This document shows, piece by piece, positions 26,899-40,670 of a stretch of DNA of 64,000 nucleotides (positions within the stretch are counted from its first letter, which is position 1; the number at the start of each line of letters is the position of its first letter). This DNA is from Mobula hypostoma (lineage: Eukaryota). The DNA is taken from contig NC_086097.1 of assembly GCF_963921235.1 (NCBI RefSeq), forward strand, positions 15,996,001 to 16,060,000. Direction: 5' to 3'. The position numbers and the translations under genes were made by a program. Under the pieces are notes generated by a model, which was not told where the DNA came from, did not search any database, and worked only from the letters and a program-made list of their open reading frames with translations.

Positions 26899-28575
26899 AT
26901 AGAAACATAGAAAATAGGTGCAGGAGTAGGCCATTCAGCCCTTCGAGCCTGCACCGCCATTTATTATGATCATGGCTGATCATCCAACTCAGAACCCCGC
27001 CCCAGCCTTCCCTCCATACCCCCTGACCCCCGTAGCCACAAGGGCCATATCTAACTCCCTCTTAAATATAGCCAATGAACTGGCCTCAACAGTTTCCTGT
27101 GGCAGAGAATTCCACAGATTCACCACTCTCTGTGTGAAGAAGTTTTTCCTAATCTCGGTCCTAAAAGGCTTCCCCTCTATCCTCAAACTGTGACCCCTCG
27201 TTCTGGACTTCCCCAACATCGGGAACAATCTTCCTGCATCTAGCCTGTCCAATCCCTTTAGGATCTTATACGTTTCAATCAGATCCCCCCTCAATCTTCT
27301 AAATTCCAACGAGTACAAGCCCAGTTCATCCAGTCTTTCTTCATATGAAAGTCCTGCCATCCCAGGAATCAATCTGGTGAACCTTCTTTGTACTCCCTCT
27401 ATGGCAAGGATGTCTTTCCTCAGATTAGGGGACCAAAACTGCACACAATACTCCAGGTGTGGTCTCACCAAGGCCTTGTACAACTGCAGTAGTACCTCCC
27501 TGCTCCTGTACTCGAATCCTCACGCTATAAATGCCAGCATACCATTCGCCTTTTCACCGCCTGCTGTACCTGCATGCCCACTTTCAATGACTGGTGTATA
27601 ATGACACCCAGGTCTCGTTGCACTTCCCCTTTTCCTAATCGGCCACCATTCAGATAATAATCTGTTTTCCTATTTTTGCCACCAAAGCGGATAACTTCAC
27701 ATTTATCCACATTAAATTGCATCTGCCATGAATTTGCCCACTCACCCAACCTATCCAAGTCACCCTGCATCCTCTTAGCATCCTCCTCACTGCTAACACT
27801 GCCACCCAGCTTCGTGTCATCCGCAAACTTGGAGATGCTGCATTCAATTCCCTCATCCAAGACATTAATATATATTGTAAACAACTGGGGTCCCAGCACT
27901 GAGCCTTGCGGTACCCCACTAGTCACCGCCTGCCATTCTGAAAAGGTCCCGTTTATTCCCACTCTTTGCTTCCTGTCTGCTAACCAATTCTCCACCCACA
28001 CCAATACCTTACCCCCAATACCGTGTGCTTTAAGTTTGCACACTAATCTCCTGTGTGGGACCTTGTCAAAAGCCTTTTGAAAATCCAAATATACCACATC
28101 CACTGGTTCTCCCCTATCCACTCTACTAGTTACATCCTCAAAAAATTCTATGAGATTCGTCAGACATGATTTTCCTTTCACAAATCCATGCTGACTTTGT
28201 CCGATCATTTCACCGCTTTCCAAATGTGCTGTTATCACATCCTTGATAACTGACTCCAGCAGTTTCCCCACCACCGACGTTAGGCTAACCGGTCTATAAT
28301 TCCCCGGTTTCTCTCTCCCTCCTTTTTTAAAAAGTGAAAATAATATGGTGGAATTCTTCATTAAGATGGAGAGTGACATAGTTAATTCAGAAACAAAGGT
28401 TCTGAACTTAAAGAGGGGTAACTTTGACCTCATCCCTTTTCCTACCTATGTCATTGGTACCTATATGTACCACGACCTCTGGCTCCTCACCCTCCCACTT
28501 CAGGATATCTTGGACACGATCAGAAATATCCCGGACCCTGGCACCAGGGAGGCAAACTACCATCCGGGTCTCTGG
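26899..28575 (-). mobile_element. Young CR1 insertion (RT to 3' end) with a rearranged 5' end, nested in an older plus-strand CR1 (about 26200-30110)
   Basis: ORFs 27525-28433 (QGSVLGP, KFADD) and 26989-27483, separated by one frameshift. (atagaaac)n tail. The host CR1 resumes at about 28576. Confidence 0.88.
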
Positions 28576-29050
28576 ACAAAAATATCCTTCAGATATATAA
28601 AGTGTAAAAGAAAGGCGAGAGTAGATAGCAGACCACTGGAAAATTATGCTGGAGAGGTAGTAATAGGCAACAAGGAAATGGCGGACAAACTAAGTAAGTA
28701 TTTTGCATCAGTCTTCACCATGGAAGACACCAGTAGTATGCTGGAGGTTCGATAGTGTCGGCGGACACAAGGGGGTTAAGTTACCATTACTAAGGGGAAG
28801 GTGCTTAGGAAACTGAAAGGTCTGAAGGTAGACACATCACCTGGACCAGATGGTCAACACCCCAGGATTCTGAAAGAGGTGGCTGAAAAGATTGCGGAGG
28901 CATTAGTAATGATTTTTCAAGAATCAGTGGATTCTGGCATAGTTCCAGAGGACTGAAAAATTGCAATTGTCACTCCACTCTTCAAGAAAGAAGAGAGGCA
29001 GAAGGCAGGAAATTATAGGCCAGTTAGTCTGACCTCAGTAGTTGGGAAGT

Positions 29051-29735
29051 TTAGATTAGATTAGATTATGAGGACACACAGTCCTCTTTTATTGTCATTT
29101 AGTAATGCATGCATTAAGAAATGATACAATGTTCCTCCAGTATGATATCACAGAAACACAAGACAGACCAAGACTGAAAAACTGACAAAAACCACATAAT
29201 TATAACATACAGTTACAACAGTGCAAGCAATACCATAATTTGATGAAGAACAGACCACAGGCACGGTAAAAAAAAGTCTCAAAGTCTCTCGAAAGTCCCA
29301 TCATCTCACGCAGATGGGAGAAGGAAGAAAACTCTCCCTGCTATGAGCTTCCAGTGCCGCAAACTTGCCGATGCAGCATCCTGGAAGCACCAAACCACAG
29401 TCCGACTCTGAGTCCGTCCGAAATCTCCGAGCCTCCGACCAGCCCTCCAGCACGGAGCACCGAGCATCATCTCTGCCGAGCGCTTCCACCCCATCCACGG
29501 CCGCCAGCAACAGGCAAAGCTGAGGTTTTGGGGCCTTCCCCTCCGGAGATTCTCGATCGCACAGTAGCAGCGGCAGCGAATTGGGCATTTCAGGAGTTTC
29601 TCCAGATGTTCTTCCGTGCTTCTCACGTCTGTCTCCATCAAATCAGAATTGTGCACGGCATCCTACTTACAAATACGATATCATTCACCGGAGAAGCCGC
29701 GTGCGTTGTGTCGCACTGCCATCTTCTCCTCCCTT
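29051..29735 (-). mobile_element. Retroposon 3' end with (ctaat)n tail and CpG-rich body, inserted in CR1
   Basis: ttagattagattagatt tail with an AATAAA signal on the minus strand. CR1 sequence is interrupted at gttgggaag and resumes near 29750. Confidence 0.6.
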
Positions 29736-30149
29736 CTTTATGTTACAGATGTTACAGTTAATTGTTAAGGATGCGGTTTCAGAGCACCTGAAGTCACATG
29801 ATTAAATAGGCCATAGTCAGCATGGTTTCCTTAAGAAAAAAATATTGCCTAACAAATCTGTTGGAATTTTTTGAAGAAATAACAAGCAGAGTAGACAAAA
29901 GAGACTTAGTACATATTGTGTACTTGGATTTTTCAAAAGGTGCCACACATGAGGCTGCTTAACAAGTTAAAAGCCCATGGTACTACAGGAAAGATACTAG
30001 CTCTGACACAACATTGGCTGATTGGCAGAAAGCAGAGTGGGAATAAAGGGAGCCTTTTCTGGTTGGCTTCCAGTGACTAGTAGTGTTCCACTAGTGGAGT
30101 TTGTGTTGGAAACCAGAGGTCTATGAGCCAGTACCACCAAAAGATCAGA

Positions 30150-30945
30150 GGTGAAGGTTGGCAACTTTAAATTCCTCGGTATTATTATTTCGGAGGACCT
30201 GTCCTGGGTCCGACATGTAAGTGTAATTATGAACATAGCACGACAGCACCTCTACTTTCTTAGGAGTTTGTGGATATTCAGTATGACATTTAAAACTTTG
30301 ACAAACTTCTATAGATGTGTAGTTGAGAGTATATTGACTGAGTGCATCATAGACTGGTATGGAAACACCAATGCCCTTGAATGGAAAATCCTACAAATAG
30401 TAGTTGATTCAGCCCAGTCTATCACGGGTAAAGCCCTCTCAACCATTGAGCACATCTACATGAAACATTACTGCAGGAAAACCGCATCCATCATCAGGGA
30501 CTCCTCCCACCACCCAGGGCATGCTCTCTTCTCACTGCTGCCATCAGGAAGAAGGTACATGAGCCTCAGGACTCACAGCACTAGGCTCAGGAACAGCTAT
30601 TACCGCTCAGCCATCAGGCTCTTGAATCAAAGGGGATAACTTCACTGAACTTCACTTGTCCGTTATTGAAATGTTCCCATAACCAATGGACTCACTTTCA
30701 AGGACTCTTCAGCTCATGTTCTCAATATTTATTGCTCATTTATTTATTATTATTATTTCTTCTCTATGTATTTGCACAGTTTGTTGTCTTCTGCACCATG
30801 GTACAACGCCATAGTTGAGGGTCTTTCATTGATTCTGTTATAGTTATTATCATATAAATTTATTGTATGCCCACAAGAAAATGAATCTCAGGGTTGTATA
30901 TGGTGATATATATGTACTTTGATAACTAATTTATTTTGAACTTTA
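30150..30945 (+). mobile_element. Rex-Babar/L2-like LINE 3' end
   Basis: FKFLG..LYFLRSL..LLPSGRRY..NSYY motifs; ttgaacttt tail. Confidence 0.82.
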
Positions 30946-31176
30946 AGTTTTGCTAGTATAGATTATCTTTGTGTCTTAAAATTTCTGAAATCACTTTAGT
31001 GAGCATTTTCTGGAGGGTTTGATTCAGAATTCTCCCTTCTGTCTGCTGCTGTAAATTGTGGACAAAAACTTCTTAGCAGAAGTCGATAAGTTCATACAAT
31101 AAAATTCACTCCACCTAACACAAACTATGAATGCAATCACAACCCTGGACAGCAATAAAAAATATATGATCTTCAC

Positions 31177-31332
31177 CTGGGATCCATATGCATACAGATA
31201 ATACAGGTTTGCATACAAAAACAATCCAATTGGAGAAAATGATGTGTTTGGGAAATGAAATTCCTGAAATGGTTTTTTGGCAATGATATTTAAGTCATTA
31301 TCCAATTTCCACACTGTAATTGTAACAGCAGT
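31177..31332 (-). CDS. CATSPERB: CATSPERB-like exon, TAVTITVWKLDNDLNIIAKKPFQEFHFPNTSFSPIGLFLYANLYYLYAYGSQ, phase 0-0
   Basis: tttttcttcacag acceptor, cag|gtgaag donor, 156 nt. FxFP..SPIG..LYAYGSQ matches the recalled FRFPSSFSSPVG..FLYAYGNQ. Confidence 0.92.
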
Positions 31333-31489
31333 CTGTGAAGAAAAATAAATTAATTTGATTTTGTTTAAATGATTAAGAAGTACATTTCATATACATTTAC
31401 TTTTATTTCAAACAAATGAGGCTGGACAATTCCATGTATAAGGTGAAAAAATAAGTTCCAGTGTTCAACAAATGATCATCAAAAAATGC

Positions 31490-32380
31490 AGATGGAATTG
31501 ATGGCTTTATGGCCAAGTTTGTAGACAATATAAAAGTAAGTGGAGGGACATGTAGAGTTGAGGAAACAGGGTGTCTGCAAAAGGACTTAGACAGAATAGG
31601 AGAATGGGTAAAGAAGATGGAGATGGAATACAGTGTAGGGAAGTGTTTGGTCATGCTTTTTGGGAGAAGGAATAAAAGGATAGACTATTTTCTAAAGGGG
31701 AGAAAATTCAGAAATTAGAGGTGCAAATGAACTTTGAAGTCCTTGTACAAGATTGAGTCAGTGGTAAGGAAGGCAAATGCAACGATTTTTTATTTTGAGA
31801 GGACAAGAGTATAAAAGCAAGGATGTAATGCTGATTTTATAAGGCACTGGTCAGACTACACATGGAGTATTGTGAGCAGTTTTGGGCCCCTTATCGAAGG
31901 AAGGAGGTTCATGAGAACGATCCCAGGATGAAAGGGTTAATGCATGAGGAGTGTTTGATGGTTCTGGGCCTGTACTCACTGGAGTTCGGAAGAATGAGGG
32001 GTGATCTCATTGAACTCTATTGGATATTGAAAGGCCTAGATAGAGTGGATGTGGAAAGGATGTTTCCTATGGTGGGTGAGTCTAAGACCAGAGGGCACAG
32101 CCTTAGAACAGAAAGGTGTCCCTTTAGAACAGTGGTGAGGATGAATTTCTATAGCCAGAGGATTGTGAATCTTTGGAATCCATTGCTACAAACAGCTGTG
32201 GAGACCAAGTCATTGGGTATATTTAAAGTGGAGGTAAATAGATGCTTGATTAGTAAGGGCATCAAAGTTTAGAGAGAGGAAGCAGGAGAATAGATTGAGA
32301 GGGATAATAAATCAGCCAAAATGGAATGGCAAAGGAGATTCAAAAGGCTGAGTGGCTTAGTTCTGCTCCTATGGCCTCAT
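31490..32380 (+). mobile_element. CR1 LINE 3' fragment filling most of a host intron
   Basis: KFVDN, EYCEQFWAP and TRGHSL motifs. Confidence 0.85.
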
Positions 32381-32471
32381 GGTAACGTGATCCACGTGGC
32401 CTACATAGGCACTCAGAATGATAACCAAATAATACTATGGCATTGACTTTATAATCATTGACAGTTAATAC

Positions 32472-32606
32472 CTGGATTGACAGTACAATGATAGTGTTTC
32501 GCTGATTGTCCCACATGGTAGAAATAATTCCTGGAATAGGTTTATTGGGAGGATAGCAAAATTTCCACTTTTTGAACTCAGACATACTATAACGACAATA
32601 TTTAAT
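32472..32606 (-). CDS. CATSPERB: CATSPERB-like exon, IKYCRYSMSEFKKWKFCYPPNKPIPGIISTMWDNQRNTIIVLSIQ, phase 0-0
   Basis: ttttctttctcag acceptor, cag|gtatta donor, 135 nt open. The CxYSxxxFxxWxxC pattern matches the recalled CFYSQEPFLEWVPC. Confidence 0.88.
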
Positions 32607-34109
32607 CTGAGAAAGAAAAAAGATGTAAAGTTTCAAGGATTCAAATGAAATTAAAGGAAATATGCTTCTGAAGTTTTATTTTCTATCACTGTTTCAGCAA
32701 GTTTCCATTTCATACACAGAATATCATAGCCACTTAAAATGTAGGGATTACATACCTATCTTCAACTTATATTTAATTGTCATAAATGTAACCGTGATAA
32801 AATAACATCGTAGCTTTCAGATAGTTGTCTGCGGAGGCCATGTCATTGGGTATATTTAAGGCAGAAGTTGATATATTCTCAATTGGTCAGGACATGAAGG
32901 GTTATGGGCAGAAGGCAGGAGACTGGAGCTGAGAGTGAAATGGATCAACCATGCTGAAATGGTGGAGCAGGCTCAATAGGCCAAAGGGCCTAATTCTGCT
33001 CCTAGATCTTATGGTCTTAACATCTTCTCTTCAATGACTATCAACACAGTGTGCCTCAAGGATGTATGCTTCACCAACTGCTCTACTCTCTCTACAGCCA
33101 TGACTGTGTGGCTAAGCACAAATCAAACAACATCTATAAATTTGCCGATAGCACCATTGTTGTGGTCCTCACTGAGGAGTCAGCGGTGGAAAGGATGAAC
33201 AGCTTCAAGTTCCTAGTATCATCATTTCAGAAGATCTATCCTGGTACGAACATTTTGATGCATCACAAAGGAGGCACACCAGTGGCTCTACTTTGTTAGG
33301 AGTTTTAGGAAATTTGATATGTCACCAAAGACTCTTGCAAATTTCCATAGACATATAGTTGGAGAGCATTCTGGATACATCGCAGCTGAATAAGGAGCCT
33401 CCAATGTGCACAATCACAAGAGGCAGCAAAGGGTTATTGAATCAGCCAGCTCAATCAAGGGCACAACCTTCCCTACCTACAAGGACTTCTTCAAGAAGTG
33501 GTACCTCAAGAAGGCAGTATCCATCATTAAAAAAGGTCTAGGTCCTCACCTTGCAGGACTTGCCCTTCTCCCCTTAGTACAATTAGTGAGGAAGTACTGG
33601 AGCCTAAAGACTCATACGCAGTGATTTAGCAACAGTTTCTCCCCCTTCAGCATCAGATTTCTGAATGCTCCATGAACCCATGAATACTACCTCATTATTC
33701 CTTCTTTTTGCACTACATATTTAGTTTTTTTAATTTGTAGATTTTAAGTCTTTGCACGGTACTGTTGCTGCAAAACAACAAATGTCATATTATACAGTGT
33801 TGTCTGATTCTGATTATGAAAAGGAAAAGAGAAAAGGCAATTCTCAGTGATGAGAAACCACAGTACAGGGGACATAGAGACTGACCTGAATTTAATGTCA
33901 AGTTCTTAATTTAATTTTTTTCCTCTTACTTCCATGAATTTAAATCCACCCACCTAACTTCTTATTTCTCACCCCCTAAGGATTTAAACATTTCCTCATT
34001 TATTTCTCTCTGAATTTCTACTGCTGAGTGAAAAATAATAGGCCAAAATAATTCCATATCATAGACTTGGAAAACTTGTGCATTTTTAACATGAAGGAAC
34101 CATACTTAC

Positions 34110-34150
34110 ATTGCTGCCCCCAGGTAGAACCGTAGTAATGCTCAGATAAT
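34110..34150 (-). CDS. CATSPERB: CATSPERB-like micro-exon, (D)YLSITTVLPGGSN, phase 1-0
   Basis: tttttttttggtag acceptor, aat|gtaagt donor, 41 nt. It completes the Asp codon from the previous exon, and VDYLSIT resembles VDYVTVT. Confidence 0.8.
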
Positions 34151-34887
34151 CTACCAAAAAAAAACAAAGACATTTAAAATATGCGAAAGAAAGGCTAGGA
34201 GATATTGGAACCATTGAAGTGGACAAGGTATCTGGTTCCAGCACAGTACATTCCTCTTTTGACAGGACCACATCAGTTTTCAAGGACACAGCTACTTACA
34301 GAGAGTTGGGAGAGTGGAAAATAAGAAGGGTGGATGGTGGATGTTGGCATTATTGCCAATTTTCATACATATACAAACAATATCCAATTCTTTAGTTATA
34401 AAGGTGCCATCTCTATCATATACCATCTGTACAAATCCTGTTGATCAGCTTCTTATCCATAGCTTTATATTTTTTAGTGATTCAAGTGCTCATCCATTCA
34501 CTTTTTAAATGTTTTGAGAACACCTGTTACCACCACTTCATTGAAAGTGGCAAGTAGATTGAGAAAGAGGTTTAAAACAGCATAGAGGACCTGGATATTA
34601 TCAATAATAACCACAGAAGTTATGACAAACCCTCATTTCATCCAGTTTTGGTCACCTCATTTTAGATTTTGGGAGGGTACAGAACAGATTTATTAAGATG
34701 CTTCTAGGGACAATAGATTTGAGTTCTTTGTGTAGCCTAGAGAAGATAGGGGATCTCTTTGTAAGAGAGGAAATTGTGAGGAGGCCTGATGGAGTATTTA
34801 AAATCATTAAGTCTAGATAGAAAAGGCGAGAAAGAACTATTCCCACTGGGGAAATGGTCACAAACTAAGGGACATCAATGGTTGGAG

Positions 34888-35099
34888 GCAACACACACAA
34901 AATGCTGGAGGAACTCAGCAGGCCAGGCAGCATCAATGGAAAAAGAGTAAACAGTTGACATTTCAATCCTGATGAAGGGTCTTGGCCTGAAACGTTGACT
35001 GTTTACTCTTTGCCATAGATGCTGCCTGACCTGCTGAGTTCCTCCAGCATTTTGTGTGTTTTGTTTGGATTTCCAGCATCTGCAGATTTTCTCTTGTTT
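34888..35099. mobile_element. Hairpin-type Penelope tail element with a central hammerhead motif
   Basis: Inverted arms (cacacaaaatgctggaggaactcagcagg.. and ..cctgctgagttcctccagcattttgtgtg) around ctgatgaagggtcttggcctgaaacgtt. Confidence 0.8.
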
Positions 35100-36606
35100 A
35101 TATTCAACATCTCCCTGGAACACAATCCATTGCTCCCTTGGTTTTCAAGGCAGCAACCATCATTTCAGTGCCAAAGAAGGTGACAGTAACTGTCTAAATG
35201 ACTATCATCCAGTGGCATTAACATCAACCATTATGAGATAATTTGAGTAGCTGGAAATGGAGCACATTAAAGCCTTCCTCCCAGCTACATTGGACTCTGT
35301 CCATTTTGCTTATCGCTCAAGTCGATCCACTGATGATGCAATATTCTCTGTCTTGTCCCACCAGAAAAATGGGGTCTCATATGCCAGACTGCTGTTTACT
35401 TCAGTTTGGTGTTCAACACTACGCCAGAAATTAGGGGAGAAACTGTCCTCGCTGGGTCTCAGCACTCCCTCTGCAATTGGATACTGGACTTCTTAACAGT
35501 AAGGCCTCCCTCAGTCCGTGTGGGCAGCAATGTCTCTAATCCCATTACACTGAGCACTGGCACTCCCCAAGGCTGTGTGTTCAGCCCGCTGCTGTTCACA
35601 CAGTTGATGTATGACCACGTTGCAGGATCCTGCACAAATTGTGTCATCAGGTTTGAGGATTACTCAACAGCGGTTGGCCTTATCAAGACAATGATAAGAC
35701 AGAGTATAGAGAGGAAATGGAGCAGCTGGTGGATTGGTGTGAGCAGAGCAAACTAAGTCTGAATGTGGAGAAGACAAAGGGAAATCATTGTGGACTTCAG
35801 GAAGGTGCAGACAAACCACCCATCTCTGCGAATACATGGCTTCTTTGTAGAGAGAATTACGTGCATCAAGTTCCTGGGAGTTCACATCCTGGATGATCTC
35901 ACCTGGTCTCTTAATATTGCCTCCCTGAATAAGTAGGAACAGCAGTGCCTCCACTTCCAAAGGAGATCGAGGTGATGAAGGCAAGCAAGGCTTCCCCCAC
36001 TCCTGCCACCGATCTTGACTGAATTTTACAGGACCACCATTGAGAGCATCCTGACCTACTGCATCTCCATCTGGTATGGGAGCAGGTGAGCATCGGACTG
36101 GAAGTCCCTACGAAGGACTGTGAGAACAACTAAGAGAATCATAGGGGTCTCCCTACCATCCATCGGGGACACTTATCAGTAGTGCTGCATACATAGGGGC
36201 CTTAGCAGTATCAAGGATACCACCCATCCATCTAGCATCCTCTTTGACTTTCTACTATCAGGCAGGAGAACTATGATGCATAAAAACAAGAACAGTCAGG
36301 ATGAGAAACATTTCTTCCCATAGGCCATTAGGCTTCTGACTCTCTGCTGCATCGTATTCGAAGTGTCACTGGTTAATCTGTTCTGGACCTTACAATATTC
36401 AATATTAATGCACTTTTGCTTGTTAATTATGTGTGATTCATCTGTAGATTTTATCCTTACCTTCACAAGTTATCATGTGTTTTGTGTACTACTGTGCTTT
36501 ACACCCTTGTTCAAAGAAACTTTGTCTCAATTCTATATACATGATATGGTTATATACATTATATACATGTATATAGTTAAATGACAATAAACTTGACTTG
36601 ACTTGA
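35100..36606 (+). mobile_element. Rex-Babar/L2-like LINE RT and 3' end
   Basis: LNDYHPVALTS and [10 protein letters not shown] motifs; (cttga)n tail. Confidence 0.82.
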
Positions 36607-37320
36607 TGTGCTTCTGTGATAAACTGGAAAGTTAACACTGTTTACAGTATTGTACTCCCTCAGTATTCCATTCAAATGGGAGGCTAAATTGTTCACTCAA
36701 GTTTTTAAGTCATATTTAAATTAAATTTCTTGATCATTGAACTCTGATAGTACACATAATTTAATCAATTTATTGTGAACATCTGTGTGTACTTGCATAA
36801 TGTTCACTTTAAAATTAGCACAAATTGAAGCTTGCAATTTCTTATTTTGTGTAAATGATGACCAATTACTTTTGACATGAACACTTTGGTGGGTAGTTTC
36901 AAATGCTGTTCAACTGAACTCCAAGACTAAGAGGGAAATCCAATAAATACAAACTTGTCTTCAGAGGTGCATCTCCACTTTAAACAGATTTATGCTGCTC
37001 CAACTTGGACAATTAGAAATATTACACAAACACAAATAAGGTTCTCCTTCACAGCCTTACTTCTCCATTCTAATGATGGTCTAACCTGCCAAGGTCTTCA
37101 GCAAGCAGATTCTCAAAATAGTTAGCAATTCCATCCAGTGTAGGAATATAGCTGGAAACCAGATTTAGATCAGAAATTATGAAAGGTTCTTAATCGGGCA
37201 ACAGTTGCACATTTCTATGCCAGTTACAGCTCACTATTCTTCAAGCCACCTTTTTTTTAAAGGAAAATAATAATATTTTACATCCTAATTTTCCTTTCAA
37301 GAAGATAAAACTGTTCTTAC

Positions 37321-37387
37321 CTACTAAATCTGCTTTCCAGATGTAGCATAGTTCAGTATACCATAAGAATACATTGTAATTTATTTT
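37321..37387 (-). CDS. CATSPERB: CATSPERB-like exon, KINYNVFLWYTELCYIWKADLV(D), phase 0-1
   Basis: ctttattaacag acceptor, gtag|gtaaga donor, 67 nt. LWYTELC resembles the recalled CATSPERB LWYNERC. Confidence 0.85.
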
Positions 37388-37564
37388 CTGTTAATAAAGA
37401 AAGGTATTTTACTTATTTTGGTTATATGCTAGTAATAAGAGAAATCTGATCTGGAAAAGAAGGATTTAACTCACATTCATATGTGCATACAAATCTATTC
37501 AAAAGTATGTTTTTAAATAGTGGGCATTATTTACTAATTATATTAATGATTCGTCATATAACAA

Positions 37565-37991
37565 ACAATATAACCATATAACAATTACAGCACGGAAACA
37601 GGCCATCTCGGCCCTTCTATTCCGTGCTGAACTCTTACTCTCACCTAGTCCCACCGACCTGCACTCAGCCCATAACCCTCCATTCCTTTCCTGTCCATAC
37701 ATCTATCCAATTTAACTTTAAATGACAACATCGACCTGCCTCAACCACTTCTGCTGGAAGCTTGTTCCACACAGCTACCACTCTCTGAGTAAAGAAGTTC
37801 CCCCTCATGTTACCCCTAAACTTTTGTCCTTTAACTCTCAACTCATGTCCTCTTGTTTGAATCTTCCCCACTCTCAATGGAAAAAGCGTACCCACGTCAA
37901 CTCTATCAATCCACTTCATAATTTTAAACACCTCTATCAAGTCCCCCCTCAACCTTCTACGCTCCAAAGAATAAAGACCTAACTTATTCAA
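37565..37991 (-). mobile_element. CR1 3' end
   Basis: [23 protein letters not shown] motifs. Confidence 0.88.
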
Positions 37992-38230
37992 ACAAAGGAC
38001 ATAAAATTCCTGTTTCTGAATAAAATAGAGTTTGATGCCATGGAGGTATTTTGAAGGGTTTTATTTGGTTGCATCATTTTTTCATTACAAGCCTGCAAAG
38101 TCTGAGCCATCAAAGCCACCAATACATATCACACAAACAACAGGAATTCTGCAGATGCTGGAAATTCAAGCAACATACATCAAAGTTGCTGGTGAACGCA
38201 GCAGGCCAAGCAGCATCTATAGGAAGAGGT

Positions 38231-38270
38231 GCAGTCGACGTTTCAGGCCGAGACCCTTCGTCAGGACTAA
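38231..38270 (-). ncRNA. Minimal hammerhead ribozyme, inverted pLTR copy
   Basis: Reverse complement of 40632-40670. Confidence 0.85.
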
Positions 38271-40631
38271 CCGAAGGAAGAGTGAGTAAGGGATTTGAAA
38301 GTTGGAGGGGGAGGGGGAGATCCAAAAGGATAGGAGAAGACAGGAGGGGGAGGGATAGAGCTGAGAGCTGGACAGGTGATAGGCAAAAGGGGATACGAGA
38401 GGATCATGGGACAGGAGGTCCAGGAAGAAAGACAAGGAGGGGGGGGTTGACCCAGAGGATGGGCAAGAGGTATATTCAGAGGGACAGAGGGAGAAAAAGG
38501 AGAGTGAGAGAAAGAATGTGTGCATAAAAATGAGTAACAGATGGGGTACGAGGGGGAGGTGGGGCCTTAGTGGAAGTTAGAGAAGTCGATGTTCATGCCA
38601 TCAGGTTGGAGGCTACCCAGACGGAATATAAGGTGTTGTTCCTCCAACCTGAGTGTGGCTTCATCTCCACAGTAGAGGAGGCCGTGGACAGACATGTCAG
38701 AATGGGAACGGGATGTGGAATCCACTGCTACCAACCTTATAGTTCCCACACCCCGCACTTCCTGTTTCTACCTCCTACCCAAGATCCACAAACCTGCCTG
38801 TCCTGGCCGACCTATTGTCTCAGCTTGCTCCTGCCCCACCGAACTCATTTCTGCATACCTCGACACTGTTTTATCACCCCTTGTTCAATCCCTTCCGACC
38901 TATGTTCGTGACACTTCTCACGCTCTTAAACTTTTCGATGATTTTAAGTTCCCTGGCCCCCACCGCTTTATTTTCACCATGGATGTCCAGTCCTTATATA
39001 CTTCCACCCCCATCAGGAAGGTCTCAAAGCTCTACGCTTCTTTTTGGATTCCAGACCTAATCAGTTCCCCTCTACCACCACTCTGTTCCGTCTAGCGGAA
39101 TTAGTCCTTACTCTTAATAATTTCTCCTTTGGCTCCTCCCATTTCCTCCAAACTAAAGGTGTAGCTATGGGCACCCGTATGGGTCCTAGCTATGCCTGCC
39201 TTTTTGTTGGGTTTGTGGAACAATCTATGTTCCGTGCCTATTCTGGTATCTGTCCCCCACTTTTCCTTCGCTACATCGACGACTGCATTGGCGCTGCTTC
39301 CTGCACGCATACAGAACTCGTTGACTTTATTAACTTTGCCTCCAACTCTCACCCTGCCCTCAAGTTTACCTGGTCCATTTCCGACACCTCCCTCCCCTTT
39401 CTAGATCTTTCTGTCTCTGTCTCTGGAGACAGCTTATCCACTGATGTCTACTATAAGCCTACTGACTCTCACAGCTATCTGGACTATTCCTCTTCTCACC
39501 CTGTCTCTTGCAAAAACGCCATCCCCTTTTCGCAATTCCTCCGTCTCCGCTGCATCTGCTCTCAGGATGAGGCTTTTCATTCTAGGACGAGGGAGATGTC
39601 TTCCTTTTTTAAAGAAAGGGGCTTCCCTTCCTCCACTATCAACTCTGCTCTTAAACGTATCTCCCCCATTTCACGTACATCTGCTCTCACTCCAACCTCC
39701 CACCACCCCACTAGGAATAGGGTTCCCCTGGTCCTCACCTACCACCCACCAGCCTCCGGGTCCAACATATTATTCTCCGTAACTTCCGCCACCTCCAACA
39801 GGATCCCACCACTAAGCACATCTTTCCCTCCCCCCCTCTCTCTGCATTCCGCAGGGATCGCTCCCTACACAACTCCCTTGTCCATTCGTCCCCCCCATCC
39901 CTCCCCACTGATCTCCCTCCTGGCACTTATCCGTGTAAGCGGAACAAGTGCTACACATGCCCTTACACTTCCTCCCTCACCACCATTCAGGGCCCCAAAC
40001 AGTCCTTCCAGGTGAGGCATCACTTCACCTGTGAGTCGACTGGGGTGATATACTGCGTCCGGTGCTCCCGATGTGGCCTTTTATATATTGGTGAGACCCG
40101 ACGCAGACTGGGAGACCGCTTTGCTGAACATCTACGCTCTGTCCGCCAGAGAAAGCAGGATCTCCCAGTGGCCACACATTTTAATTCCACGTCCCATTCC
40201 CATTCTGACATGTCTGTCCACGGCCTCCTCTACTGTGGAGATGAAGACACACTCAGGTTGGAGGAACAACACCTTATATTCCGTCTGGGTAGCCTCCAAC
40301 CTGATGGCATGAACATCGACTTCTCTAACTTCCGCTAAGGCCCCACCTCCCCCTCGTACCCCATCTGTTACTCATTTTTATGCACACATTCTTTCTCTCA
40401 CTCTCCTTTTTCTCCCTCTGTCCCTCTGAATATACCTCTTGCCCATCCTCTGGGTCAACCCCCCCCCCGTCTTTCTTCCCGGACCTCCTGTCCCATGATC
40501 CTCTCGTATCCCTTTTGCCTATCACCTGTCCAGCTCTCGGCTCTATCCCTCCCCCTCCTGTCTTCTCCTATCATTTTGCATCTCCCCCTCCCCCTCCAAC
40601 TTTCAAATCCCTTACTCACTCTTCCTTCAGT

Positions 40632-40670
40632 TAGTCCTGACGAAGGGTCTCGGCCTGAAACGTCGACTGC
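40632..40670 (+). ncRNA. Minimal type I hammerhead ribozyme in the Penelope pLTR
   Basis: agtc-CTGACGA-agg(gtctcgg)cct-GAAA-c-GTC-gact: conserved core, stem I agtc/gact, stem II and a minimal stem III. Confidence 0.85.

Noticed and set aside
29301..29761. Overlapping GC-rich ORFs as a host exon or CpG-island gene
   Set aside because: They lie inside a retroposon 3' end inserted in CR1, show no recognisable protein similarity, and are not needed in the exon chain.
37985..38030. Possible extra minus-strand micro-exon after tattttattcag
   Set aside because: No convincing donor site, it runs into CR1 sequence, and the exon chain is already phase-complete without it.
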